A stretch of 64,000 nt of DNA from Promethearchaeota archaeon (GCA_048937405.1 JBHLNF010000011.1:32001-96000), one strand, 5' to 3'; positions 8,069 to 18,065 are shown, counted from the first letter of the stretch. A program made the numbers and translations. Notes: generated by a model from the sequence alone, not told the origin.

Positions 8069-10054
8069 TTAAGAATAAAACCTTAAAAGTGCCTCCAATA
8101 ATTCTTGCAGTGTTTCTAAGTTAGGGATAAATAAAAAAGTTCCAGTGACTTTTATATCTGTTATTATTACATTAGTAGTAATTACCAGTGATAATTTTTT
8201 AAGTAAACCAATTTCTTCTTTTAAAATTTTAAATAATTGACGTCCAGTATCTACACTCATATCTGGAGGTTCTGTCATTAATCTTATACCTAGTAGATCT
8301 CCAATAGCACTTACATAATGGCTACCCAATATATGCCCTAGTTCTGATATTGCACTATGATATAATTCAGGAAAATCGGATGCTTTATTTAACTTTTTTC
8401 TTAAATCGATTTGTTTTTTGTCATAATCATCCACTATTATAGAAGTTATATCTATAGCATCTTTCAAATTAAATAAAGTAAGTACCGTAGCTCTTGTTTT
8501 ACCAATTACATTACTCCAAGCAACCAAAAGTTTCTCATTTTTATTACTAATAGAATTCGCATATTCATCTAATTCAACCATCTCGACTGAGGGAATATTT
8601 ATATCTACTCGTTTATTAATCATCTGAGCTAAGGCATTAGCGGCATTTCCTGCACCAATATTTCCGACTTCTTGTAATGCATCTCTTTGTACTTCTGTAA
8701 GTTTTATCTTATCGAGATTAGGGACTTTTGATACTCTCTTTGTTGTCATTGTCTTGACAGCTATATCATGTTCAATTCCTAATCTGTTGAAAAATATCTT
8801 TAAGGTTTCGAGATCAGGAATAAAGAAGAACATACCGGTCAATTTCAAATCTGCTACTTTTATTGAAGTTTTTATTATTATAAAATATTGAGCAATAGAT
8901 TTTAATTCTTGAGAAAGAAATTCTCCGATTTCTCCGGCTTCGCTCATTGTAAATTCAGGAATATCAATCATCATTTTTGTTTCTAGTAAATCAGCTAAGG
9001 CTGAAGCATAATGTCCAGCCATGATATTACCCATCTCTACAATAGTAGAAACTGCAAAATCATCAAGATCCTTTTTAGATTTCACAGATTTAGGATCGAT
9101 TTTAGATTGATTCCCAGCTAAATCCGCAATCAATTTCATTAATGGGTGCATTTCAAAAATATTTAATATAGTTGCTTGAGAAGGTTTATCTATATGACAA
9201 AATATCCCACATACCTTTTCCTTATGTCCTCCAAATTGTTTTGGTAATTCATTTAAGGGTATAATACCTACATCTGTGAGAGAAACATCAATTTTCTTTT
9301 TAACTAATCTTGATAAGGCTGTAACCGCATTACCCGTTCCAATATTACCAAGTTCTTTAAGAATATCTTGCTGTTCCTCTGATAAAGATATTTGTTGAGG
9401 TTTTTTTTCTTCTGGAATTTTTGTTAATTTCATTTCGGACGATATGTTTTGAGGGATTACAACAGTTGATTCAATTGTAGGCTCTATTTTTGGTTTAGAT
9501 TTCAATTTAGGTTGTACTTTAGCACGTTCAAGGACTTTAGGCTTTAATTCTTGCTTCTTATCCGTTTTTTTTCCACTACCTTGTAGATACGGTTGGATTA
9601 AGGCATCTAAATCTAATAATATTAGTGCTTCATCCTGAAAAATTCCTGTTAATTTTATCAATCTAAAATCAATATTAGTTTTAACGATAGTACCCTGCTT
9701 TTTAAAGATTGAAAGGGGAATATCTCTAACACCAATTACAGCATCGACTAATAAAGCAATCTTCAAATCCTCATATTCTAATAGTAAAATTCGTGATGTA
9801 TTAGTGAATCCATAATCAATATCAATATCAGATATATTATGTCTTAAAGAGATAATCGAATAAATTTCTCCTCTTATATTAATAATTCCAACAAGAGATT
9901 TTTCTGCTAGTGGAACAGGAATGATATTTTCTCCTGGAACATATATTTCCTTTACATTTTCAACTTCTATAAGATATCTCTCATCAAGAACTTGAATAAT
10001 CACTACATTTAAAGTATCATTAAATTCCTCATTTTTAGCGTTTATTTCTAACAT
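8069..10054 (-). CDS. CheW-CheC-CheC fusion protein
   Basis: N-terminal CheW (PVPLAEKSLVGIINIRGEI, ALLVDAVIG), K/P-rich linker, then two CheC units (DILKELGNIG/STIVEMGNIM; DALQEVGNIG/SAISELGHIL). Confidence 0.9.
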   Translation of the reverse strand: MLEINAKNEEFNDTLNVVIIQVLDERYLIEVENVKEIYVPGENIIPVPLAEKSLVGIINIRGEIYSIISLRHNISDIDIDYGFTNTSRILLLEYEDLKIALLVDAVIGVRDIPLSIFKKQGTIVKTNIDFRLIKLTGIFQDEALILLDLDALIQPYLQGSGKKTDKKQELKPKVLERAKVQPKLKSKPKIEPTIESTVVIPQNISSEMKLTKIPEEKKPQQISLSEEQQDILKELGNIGTGNAVTALSRLVKKKIDVSLTDVGIIPLNELPKQFGGHKEKVCGIFCHIDKPSQATILNIFEMHPLMKLIADLAGNQSKIDPKSVKSKKDLDDFAVSTIVEMGNIMAGHYASALADLLETKMMIDIPEFTMSEAGEIGEFLSQELKSIAQYFIIIKTSIKVADLKLTGMFFFIPDLETLKIFFNRLGIEHDIAVKTMTTKRVSKVPNLDKIKLTEVQRDALQEVGNIGAGNAANALAQMINKRVDINIPSVEMVELDEYANSISNKNEKLLVAWSNVIGKTRATVLTLFNLKDAIDITSIIVDDYDKKQIDLRKKLNKASDFPELYHSAISELGHILGSHYVSAIGDLLGIRLMTEPPDMSVDTGRQLFKILKEEIGLLKKLSLVITTNVIITDIKVTGTFLFIPNLETLQELLEALLRFYS

Positions 10055-10100
10055 TTTATTTACCTTTTTATTTCTCCTTTTTAATAAATAACTTTGATTT

Positions 10101-10976
10101 TCATTTTAACATAATCCCTTTCCAAATTAATTCTAATTCAGGTTCATCTTCGTTTACTTCTGTAAAAAAATCTACTTGTCTATGTACTGATATTTGCCCA
10201 CCTTTAGAATATTTAAATACATAATTTAACATATCATCTGTATTAGTAAAGTTAAAACCCGCAAGTTTTAATTCAGCATCATTAATAATAATTAAATCTT
10301 CTCTATTAAAAGGACGGTTTTCTTCAATCCATTCAATCCATATCTCTGAATTAAGTTCTTTATTGATAATTTTTATTGATTTATCAATTGGTATATTGCG
10401 GAATGATTTACCTACAGCAAATATGATTTTATCAGGAATTAAATTTTCATTCTTTGCAAATTCATTTATCTTAGCTATTGCTTTATTATAACTATCAATA
10501 TCTAAAACATCATAACATAGAGTTAAAATCACTTCATTTTCTTCAGTTTCAAGAATAAAATCAATTAATAAGTCTGGATTAAGATCTGCGTTAACTTTTA
10601 TCGTTTTGATATTTACGTCTGGTATATATTTAAGATATTGATAAAATCGCCACTTAATGCTTAATTTATCACTTTTTTCCCTGCTAATAAAAATTTGAAA
10701 CATTAATTTTAACTGTTCTATAGTCATTTTTGATAAATTAGCTAGTTTTTCCACATCTTTTCCTAGTTCGACATAATTAATTTTTGATTTTGCATTTGAA
10801 GTTTTTTTTCCAGAAAAATCTTCTAAAAAAATCTTTAATTCATTTTCAGTGAATTGGGGTAGTACTTGTTCAATAAGATATAATAAATATTCTTTTGATT
10901 TGTCATCCATCATTTCATAATACTGTAATTTCATATTATTTCCTCCTAAATTTTTCTTAATTGTTTTTTTATCCAA
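10101..10976 (-). CDS. Hypothetical protein in the che operon
   Basis: 291-aa ORF overlapping the upstream gene by 8 nt; no motif recognised. Confidence 0.7.
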   Translation of the reverse strand: MDKKTIKKNLGGNNMKLQYYEMMDDKSKEYLLYLIEQVLPQFTENELKIFLEDFSGKKTSNAKSKINYVELGKDVEKLANLSKMTIEQLKLMFQIFISREKSDKLSIKWRFYQYLKYIPDVNIKTIKVNADLNPDLLIDFILETEENEVILTLCYDVLDIDSYNKAIAKINEFAKNENLIPDKIIFAVGKSFRNIPIDKSIKIINKELNSEIWIEWIEENRPFNREDLIIINDAELKLAGFNFTNTDDMLNYVFKYSKGGQISVHRQVDFFTEVNEDEPELELIWKGIMLK

Positions 10977-12996
10977 CGAAAAATGATTCTAACTCTGAAA
11001 ATTTTTTATCCTTTCCTGTTATGCTTTTTAGATAATACATTATCTCTCTTTCTTGGTAAGGTAAAAGAGTATCAATTGTGAAAGATATCTTTTGTTCACT
11101 ATTTTTCTTTGATTTACTCAGTTTATATTCTATATTTGAGGATATCATTTCAAAAGACCCTGGAAAAGAATCTGTAATATTAACATCATTCAATTTCATA
11201 TTTGAACCATTTTTTGCAGTAATATATATAGCAAATTCATTAGCATTCCTTCCTGGATAAATTTGTTTTCCAACAATTACTTTACGTCTCTTATGAGAAA
11301 TTCTTATTTTAGATTTATCTGTTTTAGATATCTCATCCGAGATCATAAAATATTCTTTTATATAACGATTTTTATATTTTGAATAAAATGTATAAACTCT
11401 AAGTGGGAAAATATAATCTTTTTTATAATCTGGGTTGACTGCTTTGATAGGATATTTCAATTCCAAGAAATCATCCACAGCAATAATTGATTCCAAAGGA
11501 CTTTTCTTTAAATTGATATTTAATTCAATCGTATGCTCATGAGATGAATCTTCATCATCAGGTTTTAGATTCATCTCAATATCCTCAATATCTAATTTAC
11601 CCGACGATTTGGATAATACAAATTCAGAAATATCTCTTGGAGGTAAAAAGTTTTCAGGGATTTTTTCAATAATTTGAAGACCGTTGATTGGAAGTGATCC
11701 TTGATTATTAATAATTATTTGTGAATGTATTAATGTTTCTTCAAATGATTTAACCTCTTCTTCTGATAATTTCTTTTTTATTGACGAATAAGCAACTTTA
11801 AAGAAATTGTCATCGAATCTAGAAGTAATCATTGAATTCTTCTCAGTTTCGTAACCAACTGTATATCCTACTTTTCTTGAAAAGATTGGCTCCTTCTCAT
11901 CAGTAACATAAAAATAATCTGATTTATATTTACCATGTGGATTAATTACTTTTTTACGTAATACTGATCTATCTAATTCTAGGATTTTGTTTTTTTTTGT
12001 CTTATCAAATATTGTTATAGAGTTTAATTTTAATGTAAAATCACTAAGGTTTTCGAATCTAAGAGAACATTTCCAATTATTAGGTTCATGAATTTTCTCT
12101 GTTTTCTTAATGGCATGCATTGCGTGTGAATATGCTGAGAAATGATCGACTCTTACACCTGATATTACTTTCTTTGATAAATTAAAGGTTACTTCAATGT
12201 TTCCTGTGTTGATATTTTCCTTCTTCTTAGGAAATATTTTCGCATAGATAATAATTTCAGCACTTTCTCCTGGATTTAAATCTTTTAATTGGCTCTCGAT
12301 AGAATTTCTTAAAATTTTAAATTCATTACTTTTATTGCTTTCAAACTCAAAATCATAAAAAGCTGGTACGAACGATTTTTTAAACTTAACATTATCAATT
12401 TTTGTGTTTGAAATGTTAATAATATAAATTGTAAATTTAATTGTATTTTCTTTTCCCCATAAAAGTAAATAATGTTTAGTAGGATTTTTTTTCGAGGATT
12501 CTATTTCATTTAACTCCATATCTTCAAAACTACTTTTAAAGAACCCAATATCTTCACTAAGATTTTCAATACTTTCGTTAACTTCTATTAAATCTGGTAA
12601 ATCTTCAGAATTTACAATTTCATATTTCAATACTTTATTTGAATTAGGCTCAAAGACACCTAAATTAAGATTATTTTCTGCTTTTTGATTATCAAATTGT
12701 GAACCAGAGAATTGTAAATTTGCATCCCAAATTCTATCTTTAACAGAATTATTAAAAATTGAAATATTCCCATTCCCTATAACTGATTTTCTTGTTCTAT
12801 CGTTTTGATAATGATATTCCAAGAATTCTTCATTCAATATTAATACTTCTGATGCAGTACCCATATAACTTGATTCAATTTTTTGTTCTCTATGATTTTT
12901 TTGGATAAGTTTACCGCCTTCCCTGATGGGGATACCAAGAAAATTTGGGCTTATTTTTGTTTTTAATTCGTCAAGATCAATTTTTTTAAAACCCAT
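10969..12996 (-). CDS. Cytoplasmic multi-beta-sandwich (DUF11/Ig-like repeat) protein
   Basis: Recurring I.I.N....I.....D/E.lP..F and I..L.P.E...I.Y motifs (IIINNQGSLPINGLQIIEKIPENF; ITAKNGSNMKLNDVNITDSFPGSF...IDTLLPYQEREIMY); no signal peptide or TM segment. Confidence 0.55.
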   Translation of the reverse strand: MGFKKIDLDELKTKISPNFLGIPIREGGKLIQKNHREQKIESSYMGTASEVLILNEEFLEYHYQNDRTRKSVIGNGNISIFNNSVKDRIWDANLQFSGSQFDNQKAENNLNLGVFEPNSNKVLKYEIVNSEDLPDLIEVNESIENLSEDIGFFKSSFEDMELNEIESSKKNPTKHYLLLWGKENTIKFTIYIINISNTKIDNVKFKKSFVPAFYDFEFESNKSNEFKILRNSIESQLKDLNPGESAEIIIYAKIFPKKKENINTGNIEVTFNLSKKVISGVRVDHFSAYSHAMHAIKKTEKIHEPNNWKCSLRFENLSDFTLKLNSITIFDKTKKNKILELDRSVLRKKVINPHGKYKSDYFYVTDEKEPIFSRKVGYTVGYETEKNSMITSRFDDNFFKVAYSSIKKKLSEEEVKSFEETLIHSQIIINNQGSLPINGLQIIEKIPENFLPPRDISEFVLSKSSGKLDIEDIEMNLKPDDEDSSHEHTIELNINLKKSPLESIIAVDDFLELKYPIKAVNPDYKKDYIFPLRVYTFYSKYKNRYIKEYFMISDEISKTDKSKIRISHKRRKVIVGKQIYPGRNANEFAIYITAKNGSNMKLNDVNITDSFPGSFEMISSNIEYKLSKSKKNSEQKISFTIDTLLPYQEREIMYYLKSITGKDKKFSELESFFVG

Positions 12997-13049
12997 TGCT
13001 TATTTCCTCTAAATTTTTCTTTTTGTGATATATTTATTATTTTAAAAAA

Positions 13050-15122
13050 TTAATTTAAATTAGTAATTATATTTTCTTCTGTTTTAGAGCTAATAATACT
13101 TAAAACATCAAGTATTAAACAAATTGTTCCTTCACCTGTAATTGTAGAGCCTAATATCTCGCGAGAATCAGAATAATTGGATTTAAAAGGTTTTACAACT
13201 ACATCCAGTTGTTGAAGTTGTTTATCGGCAACAAATATAGCTGAATTATCTTCATCCTTTTGACACCATATTGCAATTTTCTTATGAGAATTTGGAGTGC
13301 TTTCAGATCCCATGTTTAGATATTCATTTAAATGAATTAAAGGTATTGTATTTGAATCTATTTTATAATATTGTTCTCCGTCAATATATTCAACTTGGTT
13401 AGGATTGAAAAAATAAATTTGTTTAATATTTTCAGTTGGAATCGCAAATAAATCATCTGCTATTTGGATTAATTGTGCTCTTAAAATTGCCCTTGTAAAG
13501 GGTACGTCTATAGTAAATTTAGTACCTATGTCTTTTTCTGAATGGATTCTTAAATTACCACCTAAATCCTTAATTTTTTCAGCTACAATAGCTAAGCCCA
13601 TACCTCTTCCTGAAATAATATCCGCATCTCCTAATGTAGAAAAGCCGGGTAAAAGAATATAGTGGTGAAGATCTTCTTTTGTTAATTGTTGTGCTTCCTC
13701 GGAGTTATAATAACCTTTGCTTATAACTTTTGCTCTTATTTTATCATAATTAATTCCAGCACCATCATCTTGAATTTCTATGAAAATTGAGCCTGCCCTT
13801 CTGTATGTTTTTAGTTTTAAAACACCAAGTTCATTCTTCCCTTTTTTTTTCCGATTCTTAGGTAATTCAATTCCATGATAAATTGCATTTCTAATTAAAT
13901 GGACTAATGGAGAATTAATTTCTTCTAAGATTTTTCTATCAATTTCAACATTAGTTCCCTCTAGAATAAGCCTAATTTTTTTCCCAGTTTCATTTGCAAC
14001 ATCTCGGACTAATCGTTTATACTTTCTAAATGTTGATTCAACCCTTACTAGTTTTAATTTGAACAGAATTTCTTGAATATCCAAGAAGGGTTTATCCATT
14101 TGATCAATTAACCTTATTATTGTTCTGTCTTCTTTTTCCTTTAAAAGTTGACTAATATGATTTTTCATTATTACGAGTTCTCCGAAGTAATTCATGAGTT
14201 CCTCTAGATATTCAATGTTAACTTTAACACTCATGATTTTTATGTTTTGATCCGAATAACTACCTACAATCCGGGAAACACTCTCTACTTCTTCAATATC
14301 AGCTTCTTCATCAAAATCCTCAATAAGTATTTCCTCACTCATAGATTTTGACTTTTCAAGTTCCCATTTTTCTTTAAGATCATCTATAGTCTTACTAAAT
14401 TCTTCAGATTTTATTGGAGTGATTACTATACTTTCAATTTCAAGAATTTCATCTAAAATCTGAAAAAGATTATCTTTGGTAGTCTGAGTGATGTAAAAGA
14501 TTTCAAACTCACTTCTAATTGTAGCTTTTTCTAGCTCTTCAGGAGTAGGATTAGTCCAACATATTTTACCATTTTCATTTAATGCTCTAAATATTATGAA
14601 TAATCTTACTTTTTTAAAAACACAAGTTTCTTCAAGACGAATATAAATCTTAAATGATTTATTTTTATTTTGACTTAATAATTTTGTAATTTCATCTGAT
14701 TCTAAAGGTTGAATAAAAGTAATACTATAATCCGTTTCAAAAGTATCAAAGCTATTTTTTATATCTTCAACGAAATTTGCATCAAGATCATTCATATTTC
14801 CAGTTTTTACTCGCTTTAAAATATTTCTTAACACATCTAGACTCTCAAATAACATATCTATGAAATTTCCTTGTTTGGTTTTAGAAACATTATTATCTTT
14901 AGCATTATCTAAAAAAGATTCAAAATGATGGCAAAACTTAGACAAATTCTCAAAACCTGCCATAGCAGTTAATCCTTTTAATGTATGAAATGTAAAGAAT
15001 AGTTCTTTAATTGGTTTAGGATTATCTGGATTTTCTTCTAAAGCAAGAATTTCTTCTTCAGTCTTTTGAATTAAATCCTCTGCTTCACTTATGAAAAGCT
15101 TTATATCGTCATCAGATGACAC
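13050..15122 (-). CDS. cheA: Chemotaxis histidine kinase CheA
   Basis: Hpt FHTLKG, P2 region, dimerisation domain, HLIRNAIYHG, DDGAGI, GFST, SGRGMGL, C-terminal CheW-like P5. Confidence 0.97.
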   Translation of the reverse strand: MSSDDDIKLFISEAEDLIQKTEEEILALEENPDNPKPIKELFFTFHTLKGLTAMAGFENLSKFCHHFESFLDNAKDNNVSKTKQGNFIDMLFESLDVLRNILKRVKTGNMNDLDANFVEDIKNSFDTFETDYSITFIQPLESDEITKLLSQNKNKSFKIYIRLEETCVFKKVRLFIIFRALNENGKICWTNPTPEELEKATIRSEFEIFYITQTTKDNLFQILDEILEIESIVITPIKSEEFSKTIDDLKEKWELEKSKSMSEEILIEDFDEEADIEEVESVSRIVGSYSDQNIKIMSVKVNIEYLEELMNYFGELVIMKNHISQLLKEKEDRTIIRLIDQMDKPFLDIQEILFKLKLVRVESTFRKYKRLVRDVANETGKKIRLILEGTNVEIDRKILEEINSPLVHLIRNAIYHGIELPKNRKKKGKNELGVLKLKTYRRAGSIFIEIQDDGAGINYDKIRAKVISKGYYNSEEAQQLTKEDLHHYILLPGFSTLGDADIISGRGMGLAIVAEKIKDLGGNLRIHSEKDIGTKFTIDVPFTRAILRAQLIQIADDLFAIPTENIKQIYFFNPNQVEYIDGEQYYKIDSNTIPLIHLNEYLNMGSESTPNSHKKIAIWCQKDEDNSAIFVADKQLQQLDVVVKPFKSNYSDSREILGSTITGEGTICLILDVLSIISSKTEENIITNLN

Positions 15123-15151
15123 ATAATCACCTTAATTCCTCTTTATTATAA

Positions 15152-15550
15152 TTATTTCTTCTCTACTGGTTTATTTTTAAGTATTCGGTCCATGACCTCT
15201 AATATTTGCTCGGTCTTGAAGGGCTTTTGTATAAAGTCTTTTGCCCCTTTCTTCGCTGCTTCAAGAACTAAAGCTTCCTGACCTAGCGCAGAAACTACTA
15301 TAATTACTGCTTTCGGGTTTATTTTTAAAATCTCCTCTGTTGCTTCAATACCACCCTTTTCTGGCATTACTAAATCCATGGTTACTAAATCAGGATTTAA
15401 TTTCTTATATAGGGAGATTGCTTCTACACCATTCGAAGCTTCGCCTACAACCTCAATTTGTTCGATTTTATTAATTATGTTTTTCAACATATTCCGGGTG
15501 AATTGTGCGTCATCTACTATTAGGACCTTTTTTTTATTATTCTTTGACAT
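15152..15550 (-). CDS. cheY: Chemotaxis response regulator CheY
   Basis: Stand-alone REC (IVDDAQF, TMDLVMP, SALG, FIQKPF) between cheW and cheA. Confidence 0.93.
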   Translation of the reverse strand: MSKNNKKKVLIVDDAQFTRNMLKNIINKIEQIEVVGEASNGVEAISLYKKLNPDLVTMDLVMPEKGGIEATEEILKINPKAVIIVVSALGQEALVLEAAKKGAKDFIQKPFKTEQILEVMDRILKNKPVEKK

Positions 15551-15577
15551 TTTATCAACTCCTATTTTTATTTAAGT

Positions 15578-16111
15578 TTAGGTTGATGCCGATAAATCTT
15601 TCTGGATTTTGAGTTTATCTACATCACTAAAAATCTTACTTAAATCAAGCAATATCCTTGGTCTTTCTTCAAATTTAATAATTCCCTTGATATATTCCAT
15701 TGCAACACTGGTCTGAAATATTGGACTCAATCCTATTATTTCAGCTGGTTTTATATGATCAATACTAAGGATAGAATCTGAATAAAAACCGATTAAATCA
15801 TTATCTATTTTTAGAATTATTATAAATTTTTTATTAGTTTTTGAATCTTGCTTAAATGAAGAACGCCTTGATTGATACAATTCTGAGTTAGTTAATTCTA
15901 ATTTTTTCGTCAGGTTAATTACATGAATAATTTCTCCTCTATAATTGTAAATGCCATCTATATAATCCACACTTTTGGGTAGTTTTCTAACTAAACCTGC
16001 TTGAATTATCTCCTTTACATCATATAAATCTATACAGAACTCTTCCCATCCAATTTGAAAGGATAGGATAGAAACTTGATTCAGTCCTTCATAATTTTGT
16101 TTTTGGCTCAT
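15578..16111 (-). CDS. cheW: Chemotaxis coupling protein CheW
   Basis: SFQIGWEEFCID..VKEII, LPKSVDYIDGIYNYRGEII, IKGIIK...ILLDL. Confidence 0.92.
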   Translation of the reverse strand: MSQKQNYEGLNQVSILSFQIGWEEFCIDLYDVKEIIQAGLVRKLPKSVDYIDGIYNYRGEIIHVINLTKKLELTNSELYQSRRSSFKQDSKTNKKFIIILKIDNDLIGFYSDSILSIDHIKPAEIIGLSPIFQTSVAMEYIKGIIKFEERPRILLDLSKIFSDVDKLKIQKDLSAST

Positions 16112-16129
16112 TTTTTTATAACCTATTTT

Positions 16130-16948
16130 TTATATTATAAAATATTGATTAATTTTTTTTTCAAATTCGTTAAATGGAGTAACATCTCCATTAAAATCTT
16201 TTATATAATCGCGGAAATCGAAGATAAATTCGTCCGCGATAAGATACATATACCTTTGAAGTAATGAATTCATATTTTCAACCAAGAAAGCAAAGATAAC
16301 ATTACTTTTTGATATTACATAAAATTGTTGGTTCCCAAAATTAATTTCCTTAAGCTTTGCTCCCGTTTCCTCACCAATTATCGTATTTGAAAATGACAAT
16401 AAAGCGGATATAAATCCACCTATGTGAACTTCGTGCTCGGCTATATTTGATCGATTTTTATTAATTTTAGATACAAATGGACTTCCTGTAGAACCTATAA
16501 TGAATATTGCAATAACACCATCAGATTTTGGAATTTCAATCTCAGATTTAAAAACATTTTTTATTTCTGATAAAGGAGCATTAGAGAGAATTTGTTTATT
16601 TATTTTTTTCGACAAAAAATATAATTTTGGATAATTAACTGGAACATTTGGTTCTTTTTCTTCCATATACACTATAACAGAAATATTTTTTTCTCCATTT
16701 CTAAAATATTGTATATAAATTGTAAAATCCTCTAATGGAATAATTGAGTTTCCCTGCCTTTTATCAACAATTTCATTTTTATATAACTCAAAAATATTTT
16801 GAATTAACGATACTCCAATGCCCTTCTGAAAAACTACATTGAGCTTTCCACCATTCTCGAGGTCTGAAATGTCCAATAGACCATAACCGAGCATATGTAA
16901 TTTTTCAATTGGTTTACTTGAATTTCGATTTGTATCCATAGCGATCAT
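16130..16948 (-). CDS. Longin-domain protein, possibly with tandem longin-like domains
   Basis: C-terminal IAIFIIGSTGSPFVS...HIGGFISALLSFS...LKEINFG...IFAFLV...IADEF...F.FEKKI is the Asgard longin (sybindin/sigma-adaptin/Mon1-like) pattern. Confidence 0.75.
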   Translation of the reverse strand: MIAMDTNRNSSKPIEKLHMLGYGLLDISDLENGGKLNVVFQKGIGVSLIQNIFELYKNEIVDKRQGNSIIPLEDFTIYIQYFRNGEKNISVIVYMEEKEPNVPVNYPKLYFLSKKINKQILSNAPLSEIKNVFKSEIEIPKSDGVIAIFIIGSTGSPFVSKINKNRSNIAEHEVHIGGFISALLSFSNTIIGEETGAKLKEINFGNQQFYVISKSNVIFAFLVENMNSLLQRYMYLIADEFIFDFRDYIKDFNGDVTPFNEFEKKINQYFII

Positions 16949-17420
16949 ATTAGAGTCATATTTAGATTTTTGTGGAACTTCTGTTTAAATGGACTAATTT
17001 TAGAAATCTTTTCGAATAAATTAATTCGTGTTGTAAAAAATTAATTATTCAAAGATTTTTTTATATTCTCTACTTTGCTTTGAACTAAAAAAAATATAAT
17101 AAAAAGGATTTATAAAATTTCGTTTAACAAAAAATGTGATAAGAAGAAAAAAAACAAAATAATAGGATGTTGGGTTAAATATGTTAAAAAGTTTTAGTAT
17201 GATAAATATTTAAATACTTTGAATAAATTACATAAATAGTAATATTTTGAATGCCAAAATATATAATTTTAAAATAGTTTTGCATCCAAAAAAAGGGTTT
17301 TACATACATACTATATTATTTTATAGTTGTCTTTAAGTGGTATTATAAATAGTGTATAGAATATTTTTAAAATTGAAAATATGTTTAATTTAAACTACTC
17401 TAAAATTAAGGAGTATAAAA

Positions 17421-18065
17421 ATGAATGCTCAAGAGGACCTAAATCAGGGAAATGAAATCTATTTACATGAGATTAATATTCGATGCCCACAATGCTCATC
17501 CAATAAGAATTTGAAGATACCAAAAAAAGTCATCGATCAAAGCAAACAGTTGACTACAATCTCAATTCCTTCAAATTTATGTTGCGAACATAGTTTTCAA
17601 GCTTTTGTGGATAAAAACTTTATTGTTAGAGGCTATCAAAAAGTAGATTTTGAATTCTCACATATGGAATTTTATGAAAGTGGTGATGATACTTCTGATA
17701 CCCTTGAATTTACTTCTTTACCAGTTTTTCAGAATATAATCCAATTATTAAGAGATTGTGTAGATGATAATGAAATAATAGGGTCAGGAATCTTTACCGA
17801 TGAGGGAAAAGTATTATATTCTTCTTTACCGCAAACTACTTTATTCAATACAATTAAAGAATTTGAAGTTCGAAATCAGAAGAACCTAATTAGTGTAAAA
17901 AAAATGTATCTCGAATTAGAGAATAACGAGAAGTTTATCTCGAATGTTTTTTCTTTTAATGGAAATAAATTTAATTTGGTCTTAATGTTTGCTTTTAGAG
18001 TAAAATTTGGGATGGGCAACCTTCACATGCGTGATCTCTTAAAAAAGATAAAAAAAATTCATTGA
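17421..18065 (+). CDS. Zn-ribbon plus roadblock/profilin-like domain protein
   Basis: CPQC...CCEHSFQAFVDKNFIVRGYQ N-terminal metal-binding module; C-terminal IIGSGIFTDEGKVLYSSLP hairpin. Confidence 0.6.
   Translation: MNAQEDLNQGNEIYLHEINIRCPQCSSNKNLKIPKKVIDQSKQLTTISIPSNLCCEHSFQAFVDKNFIVRGYQKVDFEFSHMEFYESGDDTSDTLEFTSLPVFQNIIQLLRDCVDDNEIIGSGIFTDEGKVLYSSLPQTTLFNTIKEFEVRNQKNLISVKKMYLELENNEKFISNVFSFNGNKFNLVLMFAFRVKFGMGNLHMRDLLKKIKKIH

Noticed and set aside
10101-10976. CheF, or a PD-(D/E)xK nuclease
   Set aside because: No recognisable CheF motif; the IDFILE..E..ILTLC segment lacks the ExK residues
16950-17420. Long AT-rich gap as a replication origin
   Set aside because: No ORB-like repeats or adjacent cdc6/orc1; explained as a divergent promoter region
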